Assembly (NCBI GenBank): GCA_000091205.1
Contig: AP006497.2
Source of the DNA: Cyanidioschyzon merolae
Lineage: Eukaryota
DNA: 64,000 nt
Reading direction: 5' to 3' (one strand)
Shown here: piece by piece, positions 44,700 through 55,252 of the stretch
Layout of the letters: the number at the start of each line of letters is the position of its first letter
How positions within the stretch are numbered: the first letter of the stretch is position 1
Program-made: the position numbers and the translations under genes
Notes under the pieces: model-generated
The model's input: the letters and a program-made list of their open reading frames with translations, nothing else
Told to the model about the DNA's origin: nothing
Database searches by the model: none

Positions 44700-45250
44700 T
44701 TCTAGGCACAAGGTCCAGCGAATCGGATGCGCACACGGGTCCAGTGCGCTCTCTGCGCCTACCCACTGTGGTGGGTGTCAAGCACAAACCCGCATTGCCA
44801 ACCGACAACGCATTCCATGCATGATCACGAAGGAGAGAGGCCGCTCCCAGGATTCATCCTAACAGCCAAGTTTCTCCAGCGTGTCGTGCAGCGAAGGCAA
44901 GCCTGCATCCGCAGACTGTCTGAGCACAAACTGACGACGAGACCCGATTCTACGTCGTGTAAACCACGCTTCGAGCCGACGCCCTCTGTGGTATAGAAAA
45001 GCTATTCTAGCTCTATGAACTATCTGCTCCAGCGGTTCAGGCGCAAAGGCGGATGATTAGGGTAGGTACTAGACACACCCGATAGGGCATATGAGACGAC
45101 CAGAATATCCGAGAAGAAGTATAGGTAATGTAACTTGGGAGTAGGAGGTTGATGGATACTTCACCTCGCACTGAAAAACCCAAAAAGAAAAGAAAAATGC
45201 GCATAATCGGAGAACGCTGGCCTATGGAAACGTTTCGTCAATGAAAAAAA
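44700..45250 (+). mobile_element. 5'-truncated copy (~550 bp) of the LINE 3' end, ending …caatgaaaaaaaa
   Basis: It aligns to 4345-4888 at about 90% identity, with a 3-nt indel and scattered substitutions. No clear target-site duplication is visible. Confidence 0.7.
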
Positions 45251-45429
45251 ATGTGCATGCGCGCCGTCGCCGCGTCGCTGCGTGCGTGCCCCGTCATCGA
45301 TGCCGTGCACGCGGTAGCGCTGAACGCTCTAGCGAGCGAGGCAGCAGCGTCTTCATTCCTTCTTTGTGACAGAGGCACCGCGCTACCTTCATACGTCTTG
45401 ATCTGGTTACCTCACAACGTGCATAGCGT

Positions 45430-46287
45430 TTGAAACTGCACTCGTATCCTACTTACAAAGGACGTGGCGGCGTGAGAGGAAAAGCAGTGGCACGGACGCG
45501 ATCCCGCGAGATGGATACCACCGCCAGCTACCACGTGTTGCTGGTGTTGCTCTCCGTTGAGACTTTTCTCTTCTTTGCAGTTATTGCACAGACAGCAGTG
45601 CAGGAGCCGCTCGCACACGGGAAAATCGCCCGCTTTTTTGGCCTTGCTTTTCTGTCAGAGTCGGTTGCGGGCCTCGCACTTGCAGTTACGCCACTGCTGC
45701 GCGGAAGCGTGTTCCTGCTGGACCTTTTTGCGCTGATCGCTGTTGTGGCGATATGGGCGGGCGCCGCTGTTGCAATCATTGGTGCGGCACACGTTGTTTT
45801 TCCAGAGGATGCGAGACGGGAAGTTCGGGTAGCTCTGGTCGTGCTGTTTGCGTTTGTGTTCGCGTTCGGAACCGCGCGTCTCTATGTCGCAGTAAGTGCC
45901 GCGACACCGGCTTTGCCCCTCTGGTCCACAGACTCGCTGCGGGTGTCTGTTGCGGTTAGCCAGGGCGCTATGGCCAGCGTGGGTGCTGCTTGTGTCCTGC
46001 GAGCGCTGGCTCGACCGAAAATACGGGGCCGGAACGGGGCTTCAGTTTTGCTCCTGGGAACCTTGGTTTGCCTTGTAGGTTCAGTGATTTGGACATGGCT
46101 GTTAGGCAAATGCGAGTTGTCGCAGACGTTGGACAAGGAAGATGTACGGTGTCCGCTTCCACCGGTGTTCGATCACAACGCTCTTTACTGTCTGTTTCTT
46201 ATTGCAGGCAATATTCTGAGTGCAGAAGGCGTCCTGCGTCTTATGGCTGTCGGGGACGGCGCGTTGAACTATGCAGAGATTCCCTGA
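45430..46287 (+). CDS. Hypothetical polytopic membrane protein (about 7 hydrophobic helices), 285 aa
   Basis: Hydrophobic segments such as LLVLLSVETFLFFAVIAQ, FFGLAFLSESVAGLALAV, VFLLDLFALIAVVAIWAGAAVAIIGAA, LVVLFAFVFAFGTARLYVAV, AMASVGAACVLRAL, VLLLGTLVCLVGSVIWTWLLG and LYCLFLIAGNILSA. No family was recognised. Confidence 0.45.
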   Translation: MKLHSYPTYKGRGGVRGKAVARTRSREMDTTASYHVLLVLLSVETFLFFAVIAQTAVQEPLAHGKIARFFGLAFLSESVAGLALAVTPLLRGSVFLLDLFALIAVVAIWAGAAVAIIGAAHVVFPEDARREVRVALVVLFAFVFAFGTARLYVAVSAATPALPLWSTDSLRVSVAVSQGAMASVGAACVLRALARPKIRGRNGASVLLLGTLVCLVGSVIWTWLLGKCELSQTLDKEDVRCPLPPVFDHNALYCLFLIAGNILSAEGVLRLMAVGDGALNYAEIP

Positions 46288-46864
46288 AGGGCATTGCACT
46301 CCGTTCGCCCTCCGGTGATCCTAAGTCGACTGCTTACCGGTTCCATTGAGCGACAGGGTACATCAGCGAACGATAAAAAATGCATCGTGCCCGTGAGTCG
46401 CGCGCTAAAGACGCTTGGAAACTGCGTCGTACATTGTCGCCCAATGGGCAGCTGCTTGGTTTCGACGCTTGACCGACAATTGGAACCGTACCGCGCTGCG
46501 GGCGTGCATGTGGGTACCTGTTTGTGCGGGCCTTGCGTTCGTCTGGAGACAGGCATGCCGAACATGAAACCAGCCTGTTAGCAGGCTACCGTGTGGAGTC
46601 GCTATCGGACTCGCTGCGATTCCCGGACACAACGCGGCCCGTGTTCTTTTTCGCTGCGAATGCGAGGAATAACACAACCGCTTTGAGGCATCGCAAAACC
46701 AGGCTAGGAGAGTCAAAAGCTACTGACTACCGTCCAGGACGCAGTAAACACTCTCTAGTACTCTTTCTGGTAGAACTAGGGCAGATCGCTGCCTAGTTCA
46801 TTAGCCGCCATTAAGAGGCGCTCGGTATGTTCCCCGGGGAGGCGTGCGGGGTAACCCGATGACG

Positions 46865-47639
46865 AAAGCGAATTTTTCCATGATGAAACAAGTACCGGAA
46901 GGAATGCGCAGTTTGCATATACTGTCGAGACATACCGATCGATCTACGCTCCCCTTGTGCAGAGCGATGACCCAAGCTCCTCTGCAGGATATCGCTGGGT
47001 CCACAGCACGCCGTGCTCAAGATGCTTTTCTTTGCAAGCACTGGAGACAGGAGTCTCTGGAGGCACGTCCCGTGAGCGGTTTCGTTCGGCTGTGGACTGC
47101 CGTTTCTTCCACAGCGACAAAGGGATGAGGATTTGTGTCTCGAACCGGATCGATTGCTTGCTGACGTTCCAGGTCCAGGGAGTATGCGGCGCGCGCTCCT
47201 GAACACGTCCTCAAGCCACGTCGTCGAGTTTTGGTCTCTCGTCTATCCAGCGGCGTGCACGACCGCGCCCTCGACTTGCCCTGAACTCGAAAGATCCACA
47301 GCATGAAACATGTGTGATTTGCGCACAGTACACGTCATGACATGGGAAGCGTGGCGGCGTGTCCGTATGAACTGCATCACGATAGCGGTTGGTTAGGATT
47401 CCTTGCTCCAGCGTGTCGAGAATCAGCGTGCCTGCTGTAGCATACCGAGAATCCGGCGGCAAAGAGACGATGGAGCCAGTCCGAAAAGGCATCGAAGCAC
47501 CCTAAATTTACGTATGAACCCGAAAGCCCATCTTGCAGCACTGAGCGTGTCGAGTCTATATACCTACAACATTGGACGGGAGCAAAACAATCGAGTCGCA
47601 GAAACAGTGAGGAGTAGAGCGCTCCACCGTCTTCTGACA
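46865..47639 (-). repeat. Interspersed repeat family X, subfamily C, copy 1 (775 bp; corresponds to the 5' ~775 bp of subfamily B, minus orientation)
   Basis: It is about 98% identical to 54193-54966. The reverse complement is about 70-75% identical to B 14791-15540 (translations ICVSNRIDCLLT versus ICLSNRIDRLT, plus nucleotide blocks). Confidence 0.75.
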
Positions 47640-47805
47640 CGAGAGTTGTTCGCGTTCGCAAGCCCTGCAACGGCGGGTTCTCAGCCAGAACCGGCGGTGG
47701 ATCTTGCTCTTCTGCCATAGCGTACTCGTTCAAGTGACAAAAACACGTGCCAGTTGCGTGCGTTTCTCTGTCGCTTCTTGACAGCGGTGCTTACACCCTG
47801 GACTT

Positions 47806-49194
47806 TTGCTCTGCTTCGTGTTACTCGTGGGTACGGAAAACCAGGGCTGTAACAAGAACGCATTTCCCTACGACCTGTCTGTGTTGGGGAAGCTGCTGGG
47901 CGAGGACGCTGCAGCACCCGGTTCAACGCAGGTGAGCGCTCTCGTCTTGACGCCTTGGAGCATGCAACCAGGCACCGAAGATGATCCGCTTCCGTACTCT
48001 GAAGCAGTAGTTGAGCCACTTACTCTAGAGTATGAAGCTCCAGAGCACGACACTATGCTGGGAAACGGAGAAGCGGCGCGAGCGGGCAGTGCGGGAACCC
48101 CAAGCCGCCCAGCGCATCCCGAGGATGCAGTCAGTTTTCGTTTTGATCCCAAAGTTTGGGAGCAGGTGCACCTGAAGGATGAGAGCAACTTGATTTTTTA
48201 CGAGGGCGGCCTCGACGACGAAAACGACGGCACAGCTGGAGGTTTCGACGAGATTCAGGAGCAGTTTCGGGAATCCGAGGAAATACAGGCCTCTGGGGCG
48301 CATACTCAGTCAAACTCGGCGGAGCACAGTTGTATGAGCGCGCCGTTCTACTTCTTATGGGGTATAATGCTACGCATTCTCCAACCTTATTTCGAAATCG
48401 ATAGTAGCGATGTGATGCTCCGCTTGAGCCGCTCATTCGTACCTATTCGACCACTGCTCGCCGGCGAGCATCACCAGATGAATATGGTATTGCGCCTGCA
48501 CAAAATATGGACCAGGATTCGCCAGTTTTCTCAGGCGCGTTCGCCGGAAACCGCTGAAACTAATGCGACTATCGACAGTGATATCAGCGACGACGAGTGG
48601 ACCTACTCGAGGAGAGCGGACTTGTATGGGCCGTTCTGGATCGCGACCACCTTGATCCTGTTACTCTCGCTGAGCGGGACAGTTTCTCACCTGCTTCATC
48701 GTGCCTCGGTGCATGCTGTACAGACAGCAAAGGCGTCTACAGCTGTGAAACCGGTTTGGAAGACCTCTGAGATTATCCGCCTAACCGTTTCAGCAGCGAT
48801 TATCTATGGATACGAGCTTCTGGCCGCCACTGTGCTTTGGGCGCTGCGGCTTGTTTATCGTTCGCAGGGCCAAGTACCGCCCTGGACTACCATGTTGTGC
48901 GTTGTAGGGTATGCTCAGGGCCCGCTGGTACCGGCGTCATTGCTTGCGCTGTTTCCCTATCAGTTCTTTCAGTTTGTTGTTATGGTTGTTGCTTTTGCCC
49001 TTAGCGTGGGTTTTTTGGCGCGCAACCTGCTAATTGAGCCACTGGCCGGCGCCGATACTAGTCTGGATGCTGGTGAAGCCACGATTACGGAACCTATCTG
49101 GTTGTTGAAGCAGCGTGCACTCGTGCCGGCGCTTGTAGCTGGCTTGCTCCAGATCGGCTTTGCGATCTGGTGCGTACTCTTCATCATTCTGTAA
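47806..49194 (+). CDS. Yip1-domain-like multi-pass membrane protein (hydrophilic N-terminal half, five C-terminal hydrophobic helices); the true start is possibly internal
   Basis: FEIDSSDVMLRLSRSFVP … DLYGPFWIATTLILLLSL parallels the Yip1 motifs (…FDHIWQKTLTVLHP … DLAGPMVF…), followed by further TM segments (AAIIYGYELLAATVLWAL, PLVPASLLALFPYQFFQFVVMVVAFAL, ALVPALVAGLLQIGFAIWCVLFI). Confidence 0.45.
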   Translation: MLCFVLLVGTENQGCNKNAFPYDLSVLGKLLGEDAAAPGSTQVSALVLTPWSMQPGTEDDPLPYSEAVVEPLTLEYEAPEHDTMLGNGEAARAGSAGTPSRPAHPEDAVSFRFDPKVWEQVHLKDESNLIFYEGGLDDENDGTAGGFDEIQEQFRESEEIQASGAHTQSNSAEHSCMSAPFYFLWGIMLRILQPYFEIDSSDVMLRLSRSFVPIRPLLAGEHHQMNMVLRLHKIWTRIRQFSQARSPETAETNATIDSDISDDEWTYSRRADLYGPFWIATTLILLLSLSGTVSHLLHRASVHAVQTAKASTAVKPVWKTSEIIRLTVSAAIIYGYELLAATVLWALRLVYRSQGQVPPWTTMLCVVGYAQGPLVPASLLALFPYQFFQFVVMVVAFALSVGFLARNLLIEPLAGADTSLDAGEATITEPIWLLKQRALVPALVAGLLQIGFAIWCVLFIIL

Positions 49195-49624
49195 ATGGGA
49201 AAACGCTGAAAACCATATCGGAATCCGAGTATGTGACGAAAAGCGGTGTTTGAACGGGTCCGGAGACGATTCAGGAAGCAAGCAATGCAATGCATTTGGA
49301 TGCTAATGATATCTATGTTTTGACATCGTTGGCCTTCATGCACGCACTAGAATTCCGGTGCGAGGAAGCGGCTCGGGGTCCGTTCTCACTGCAGCTGCAG
49401 TGTCGATTGGATCGAGTCCTTCCGTACAAACAGAAGCGACTCATGGCTGCTGGAGAATGCACTGGTCCTCTGAGCGCGGGCGACACCGGCCCCCAGAAGA
49501 AACAACAACAGAAGACAGAGATGACAGGGAATAGCTCCATTAGCTTTTCTAGATTAGAGACAAAACGTATGGAGTGCCTTGCCGCCGTTGTCTTAGAACG
49601 CTGTTCCGCAGGGGCGTCGGCATC

Positions 49625-49835
49625 GACAGCCTACGGCGTCTTCGATGCCCCTTGCAGACCAAGAATGCGTGACCGCCCGCTGGTATAGGGCGCTGTAGCA
49701 ACTACTTGGAGCGTCTTCGATGCCCCTTGCAGACCAAGAATGCGTGACCGCCCGCTGGTATAGGGCGCTGTAGCAACTGCTTGGAGCGTCTTCGATGCCC
49801 CTTGCAGACCAAGAATGCGTGACCACATAACGACG
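49625..49835. repeat. Minisatellite, 75-bp unit x ~2.8 (…cgtcttcgatgccccttgcagaccaagaatgcgtgaccgcccgctggtatagggcgctgtagcaact…)
   Basis: The period is 75 bp (cgtc at 49637, 49712 and 49787). It produces a 25-aa repeat artefact ORF on the minus strand. Confidence 0.85.
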
Positions 49836-50294
49836 GTGGCCATAGTAGCTGGCGACCGGGCGCCAGTGACAAGTAGACTCGAGGAGTTTTCATGAACAAG
49901 CGTCTTGTTCCGGGGACTGCTGCTTCCTATCCCCCATATACATCCGTATTCCGAAAGAAGCTTCCCATTGGTTTTCGATCACCAAACGCATCTATACATC
50001 TATCAAGTCTAGTATGGGACTGTCCCATCGCGCGTCATGAGCATCGGACATTGCGACTTCATCCTGTGTGGTAGAGCGTGAGCGCCAGAGACACAATGTC
50101 CAGATTTGTGCGCTTTCAAAAAACGCAGCGTTTCGTACCCGGACAACGACCACACCACCAGGAGCGTTTCTCGACCAGTGAGTCGAGCGCCTGCACAAAC
50201 TGGGTTACTCTTCGTCTTTGGAAACAAGAGCAATATGTTTTCTGTATCCTAATGGCGTCGAACGCCCTGTCAACGGCTGCTTTCTTATACCTTC

Positions 50295-52787
50295 ATGCTC
50301 CAGACGCTACCGCCTGAAGTGGTGCGCCACCTCACCAGCGCTCCCGTGGTAACAAGTCTAGCCAGTGTTACCAAGGAACTGGTTGAAAATGCACTGGATG
50401 CAGAGGCAACCCAAATCAGTGTCTTTCTCTCTGGATATGGCCTGGAGTTCATCGAAGTAAGCGACGATGGCTGCGGAATCGCCAAACAGGACCTTGAGCA
50501 GCTCGCGCAACTCCACACAACCTCAAAGCTTCGAGCTTTCGCGGAACTATCGAGCATATCTACGTACGGGTTTCGCGGCCAGGCTCTAGCATCACTGGCT
50601 ATGACGGGTCGACTGGAGATTTCATCACGACCGCGAGATCGGGACGCCTCGGCGGTACCTGGCGTCGCTTTTCGTGCTAGGTACCAGGCTGGTAGGCGCA
50701 TCTCTGACCTGGAGCCCGAGGCGCGTCCCTATGGTACGACGGTGCGCGTATATGAACTCTTTGCATCCATGCCCGTTCGTAGACGGGAGGCAGAGTCTCA
50801 GAAAAAACGAGAACTTCAAAAGGCAATTCAAATCCTGCAGACGTATGCGTTAGCGGCGCCCACGGTGCGCTTTTCGGTTCAGTGGACGCCGAAAGGTCGC
50901 GAACGTCCAACGCTCTGCCTAGCCACACAGGGCAAATGCACGCTCCGTTCGTGCTTCAGCCTGTTGTACGGTGCGGAACAGCTCACGAAGCTGGTGGACC
51001 TCGCGGTAATTGTAAAGTGGCCCACACCGCTGCCCGGTGCCTGCACAGAACCTGAACTCCACATGCGGGGCCTCCTGAGCCGATGTTACCCAGCAGCAGG
51101 GCGCTCTGCCCCAGATCGACAGATGTTGCTACTGCAGGCAAAGCGGCCGGTGCAGTGGACCAGAATGCGCCGAATGTTGGACTCGGAGTTTCGCCAACGA
51201 ACGTGCACTTCGCTCTACCCTGTTTACGTGTTGGCCATCGACCTGCCACCAGATACCTTCGACGTCAATGCGAGTCCCGACAAAACCGAGGTCCTCATTC
51301 ACGACGATGCAGCGGTGGTTGCCTCGGTTCGGGAGGCATTGCGTACATCATGGACACAGGTGGCTGACGTCCGCACCAGGGCCCCATTCTCGGTGCAGAC
51401 TGGAAAGTGCGCCGATGCGCGAGCGAAAGCCCCCGACGATCATCTGCGAGCTGCTCAACTAGCGAATCAGCTGGAATGGTCTGTCACCACAGAACAGAAG
51501 CGAGACACTAGTCAGAGGCTTGTCACAGATGCGAGACCCGCATGCGTCAAGGAAAGTGCTACATCGACGCTCGCTGCGTCGGAAACGACGCTGTCGTCGT
51601 CAGGGATGAGCGCGGGAGTTTGCGTCGCCTCGAGAGCTGAAGTAGAGGCTGCGTCCTTCATCGTCGACCATGTGAAGCCGCACACAACCGAACAGCCATT
51701 CCGTGAATCCCTGCAAGCATCCTCGGCGGCGGTTGCGGCGACGACGGGAGCCCATGAACAATGGGAAACAGCTGAGCCACTTGCTCAGCGATGGACGCAT
51801 CACAACGCTGAGGCTGCCTCTAGCGGAACGGAGTCCTCGGGCACGATTCATAGAAGCGCGGATACGATCCTGAGTGGTGTGAGCGGTGTCAACAGCCACG
51901 AGCACGATCGTGTAGTCGCTCGCGCGTCTGGTGCGTCCATGGAGCGCTGGCTCGCAGTCCACGTCGTAATCGATCCTTTCCAGTGGACGTCATCTGCGAA
52001 TATCTCTCGCAGCTCAGGTTGCGCCCGCGATGCCGACTTGCCGCATGTGGAGCCTATCATTCGTGCCCGTGTTGGTGAGCGTTTGCAATTGGCGTGCCTC
52101 TTGGAAGCCAGTACTCCGAATACGACGGAGGATTGCGTCACAGAATCAAGCACTGAGGCAGACCGGGAACTAGAACAGCGATTTCACAAGCATTGGTTCG
52201 AAGAGATGCGTATCATCGGTCAGTTCAACTGCGGTTTCATCCTCGCAACCTATGGTTCCGACCTTTTCATCATCGATCAGCACGCGGCTGACGAAAAGTA
52301 CATCTATGAGTCATTGGCGAGGGCATTGCGTCCGCGTACACAGAGCATGCTCCAGCCACTTTCGATACCCGCTTCGGCCTCGGAAGAGCTCACGCTCTGG
52401 GAACAGCGCGAAAACCTGGCAGCGCTTGGGTTCGAGCTCGAGTTTCGGTGGAGTGCGCCTCCCACGGAGCGTGTCTGGATGTTGGGAGCTCCCACGGTAT
52501 GTCAGACGGTGCTGGAAGCAACCGACTTGCTAGAGATTGCGCATCAAGCACCGCTCACTGGTCGGGTTGCCGACCTGCTGCGTGCCAGTCGAGTGAAGTT
52601 GCTGCTTGCGACTCGCGCTTGTCGTCGAGCAGTGATGATCGGGATGCCGCTGGATCGTACCCACATGCAGAGTATTGTTGCTCGTTTGGCGACGCTGGAG
52701 CAGCCGTGGAACTGCCCACACGGACGACCGACAATGCGTCATTTAGTACGGGTCTCCGAAATCGGGTTCCGCAGGGCGGTCACCTGA
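50295..52787 (+). CDS. PMS2: DNA mismatch repair MutL homolog of the PMS2 (yeast Pms1) type, with the C-terminal endonuclease motif, 830 aa
   Basis: N-terminal GHKL ATPase motifs ELVENALDAEATQISV, DDGCGI and GFRGQALASL. The C-terminus GQFNCGFILATYGSDLFIIDQHAADEKYIYESL matches PMS2 [33 protein letters not shown], the DQHA(x)2E(x)4E metal-binding endonuclease site. Confidence 0.85.
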   Translation: MLQTLPPEVVRHLTSAPVVTSLASVTKELVENALDAEATQISVFLSGYGLEFIEVSDDGCGIAKQDLEQLAQLHTTSKLRAFAELSSISTYGFRGQALASLAMTGRLEISSRPRDRDASAVPGVAFRARYQAGRRISDLEPEARPYGTTVRVYELFASMPVRRREAESQKKRELQKAIQILQTYALAAPTVRFSVQWTPKGRERPTLCLATQGKCTLRSCFSLLYGAEQLTKLVDLAVIVKWPTPLPGACTEPELHMRGLLSRCYPAAGRSAPDRQMLLLQAKRPVQWTRMRRMLDSEFRQRTCTSLYPVYVLAIDLPPDTFDVNASPDKTEVLIHDDAAVVASVREALRTSWTQVADVRTRAPFSVQTGKCADARAKAPDDHLRAAQLANQLEWSVTTEQKRDTSQRLVTDARPACVKESATSTLAASETTLSSSGMSAGVCVASRAEVEAASFIVDHVKPHTTEQPFRESLQASSAAVAATTGAHEQWETAEPLAQRWTHHNAEAASSGTESSGTIHRSADTILSGVSGVNSHEHDRVVARASGASMERWLAVHVVIDPFQWTSSANISRSSGCARDADLPHVEPIIRARVGERLQLACLLEASTPNTTEDCVTESSTEADRELEQRFHKHWFEEMRIIGQFNCGFILATYGSDLFIIDQHAADEKYIYESLARALRPRTQSMLQPLSIPASASEELTLWEQRENLAALGFELEFRWSAPPTERVWMLGAPTVCQTVLEATDLLEIAHQAPLTGRVADLLRASRVKLLLATRACRRAVMIGMPLDRTHMQSIVARLATLEQPWNCPHGRPTMRHLVRVSEIGFRRAVT

Positions 52788-54192
52788 TACCTGGGCAATG
52801 CAGATAGATCGTTTGCAGACGATGTATACGGTATGCATGAAGTAACCCGACTTTAGATGCACTCCAGACGAGTGCTGGTTGTATTGGGTCTGCGTGCGAA
52901 TGCAGTGCGGGTTACGAAGGTAGAATCCTTTATGTTTTGTCGTGAAGATTTTCGCCGGCTCGTCTCGCGATGCGTAAAGTTTATGTCAAGAGAAGGGGAC
53001 GAGCCTCATCGAAATGAGGCGCGAACTACTTCTACTTCTACTGATGCTGCTGCTGCTGGTGGTGGCGGTGGCGGCGGTGGCGGTGCTAGGTGCATTGCAT
53101 TCCGGGCCAGATATCGCTATTTAGAACCCGAGTTTCCGTCCTGGAAACTATGCGACAAGATCTCTGAAGACCATGATGAGTGCTCTGTGCATTGACGCAA
53201 GCCAGAGTACGTTCCACGGATGTCAAGGAGGATTGTTCGACCTCAAAACAAACCGTGCTCTGCGCTTTGAACGGAGCACGCTGCAGTGGGTTGCACGGGT
53301 ACATGAAATCAATGTTGGACCTGAAGCAAAATGTTCTTTCGTGCCTGTAATCCAATTCACCCGGTACGAGCGGAATAAGGCGTCTGGGTCTCAGCCGTCG
53401 TAGAAAGGCAGACAGCAAGCTCGATAACCTCGTCGCAGTGCAGACTATGTATGCGCTTACTTCACAAAATATTTAGCGTCACAGACAAGTCATGCTTTTG
53501 TGCCAAAATCGTAGGAAAAAGTTCGATTGCGTTTCCTAAAGAACCAATTCGAGTATCACGAAACAGGTTTATCCAACGCATCCTCACAATCGTGGCAGAA
53601 TGAAGTGAAACGATTTCAACCAGCCTATTCTGGCGTTCAAATGAGTGGTTGAGTATATCCGGCTGTTACCAAAACTGGTCTTTGCGCGCTCGTTCGGTAA
53701 TGTCTTTCGTATACCTTCGGCAAGCTTCTGCGCTGGGTGTGCAGGTCTCCTGTGTCATTCGAGCTTCGGTTTCAGTAGTGGATGGATATTGATGGCAACG
53801 GTAGTGGTACGATGCCGCAATTTCGAGTTGCTGTCGAGGCATTTCATGCACAGAAGGTAGTTGCGATCAACGTTTTGCTCGCCATGATCATCTTCATTGC
53901 AGACAGCTTCGGTGGGCGCTTTGTACCGCTGACGCATGCCTGTGATAAGGTGCCCCCATATGTCCATCGTGCCTCCGTTCCCGATAGCCGCCCTGGGTCG
54001 CGTCAAGGCCAGCATCATCGCTCAGGAACCGTCCTCGAAGCGTACAGAAGGTGTCAGTGGATACCCGCTCCCGTTTCCGCGCCCGTTGCCGTGCCCTACA
54101 ACCATGTGCTTCTTCTGGGGGATCCACTCCTCGAGTACGCTCTCCACTGCACACGAAAGCGCATGATGTGCTTTGCAGTTGTGGATTTGCAG

Positions 54193-54966
54193 AAAGCGAA
54201 TTTTTCCATGATGAAACAAGTACCGGAAGGAATGCGCAGTTTGCATATACTGTCGAGACATACCGATCGATCTACGCTCCGCTTGTGCAGAGTGATGACC
54301 CAAGCTCCTCTGCAGGATATCGCTGGGTCCACAGCACGCCGTGCTCAAGATGCTTTTCGTTGCAAGCACTGGAGACAGGAGTCTCTGGAGGCACGTCCCG
54401 TGAGCGGTTTCGTTCGGCTGTGGACTGCCGTTTCTTCCACAGCGACAAAGGGATGAGGTTTTGTGTCTCGAACCGGATCGATTGCTTGCTGACGTTCCAG
54501 GTCCAGGGAGTATGCGGCGCGCGCTCCTGAACACGTCCTCAAGCCACGTCGTCGAGTTTTGGTCTCTCGTCTATCCAGCGGCGTGCACGACCGCGCCCTC
54601 GACTTGCCCTGAACTCGAAAGATCCACAGCATGAAACATGTGTGATTTGCGCACAGTACACGTCATGACATGGGAAGCGTGGCGGCGTGTCCGTATGAAC
54701 TGCATCACGATAGCGGTTGGTTAGGATTCCTTGCTCCAGCGTGTCGAGAATCAGCGTGCCTGCTGTCGCATACCGAGAATCCGGCGGCAAAGAGACGATG
54801 GAGCCAGTCCGAAAAGGCATCGAAGCACCCTAAATTTACGTATGAACCCGAAAGCCCATCTTGCAGCACTGAGCGTGTCGAGTCTATATACCTACAACAT
54901 TGGACGGGAGCAAAACAATCGAAACGCAGAAACAGTGAGGAGTAGAGCGCTCCACCGTCTTCTGAC
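54193..54966 (-). repeat. Interspersed repeat family X, subfamily C, copy 2
   Basis: It is about 98% identical to 46865-47639. Confidence 0.75.
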
Positions 54967-55252
54967 GCAGGCGTGTCGCGCAGCCACCGTCGCAGGCGCT
55001 TCGAGTGCAGCAACAACTTGTTGTCTCTGAGCCGAGTTATCGGGCAGTTTCCACAAGCGCTGCTTTCTTCGTAGTGACTCTTTGCAGTCTGTCATCAGAT
55101 ACCTGGTTGACTCCGCAACGAGTAAGCCTACGACACAGCAGTAGTCGACTAAAGTGCACGAGCGCTCTGGTCCAGTGAGACGGTTCGTGAACCAGCCGAA
55201 GGTTGACGTCAGATAAACGCAGATTCCAGAAACGAGAGCCCCACAGGTCGTT

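Noticed and set aside
50060-50110. A tRNA-like D-arm string (gtggtagagcg).
   Set aside because: There is no matching acceptor stem, anticodon arm or GTTCGA T-loop in the surrounding 80 bp.
53782-54456. A 224-aa ORF that looks like a gene upstream of DRS1.
   Set aside because: Its C-terminal 90 aa are simply repeat C2 read in frame, and the N-terminal part has no homology, so it is a repeat-fusion artefact.
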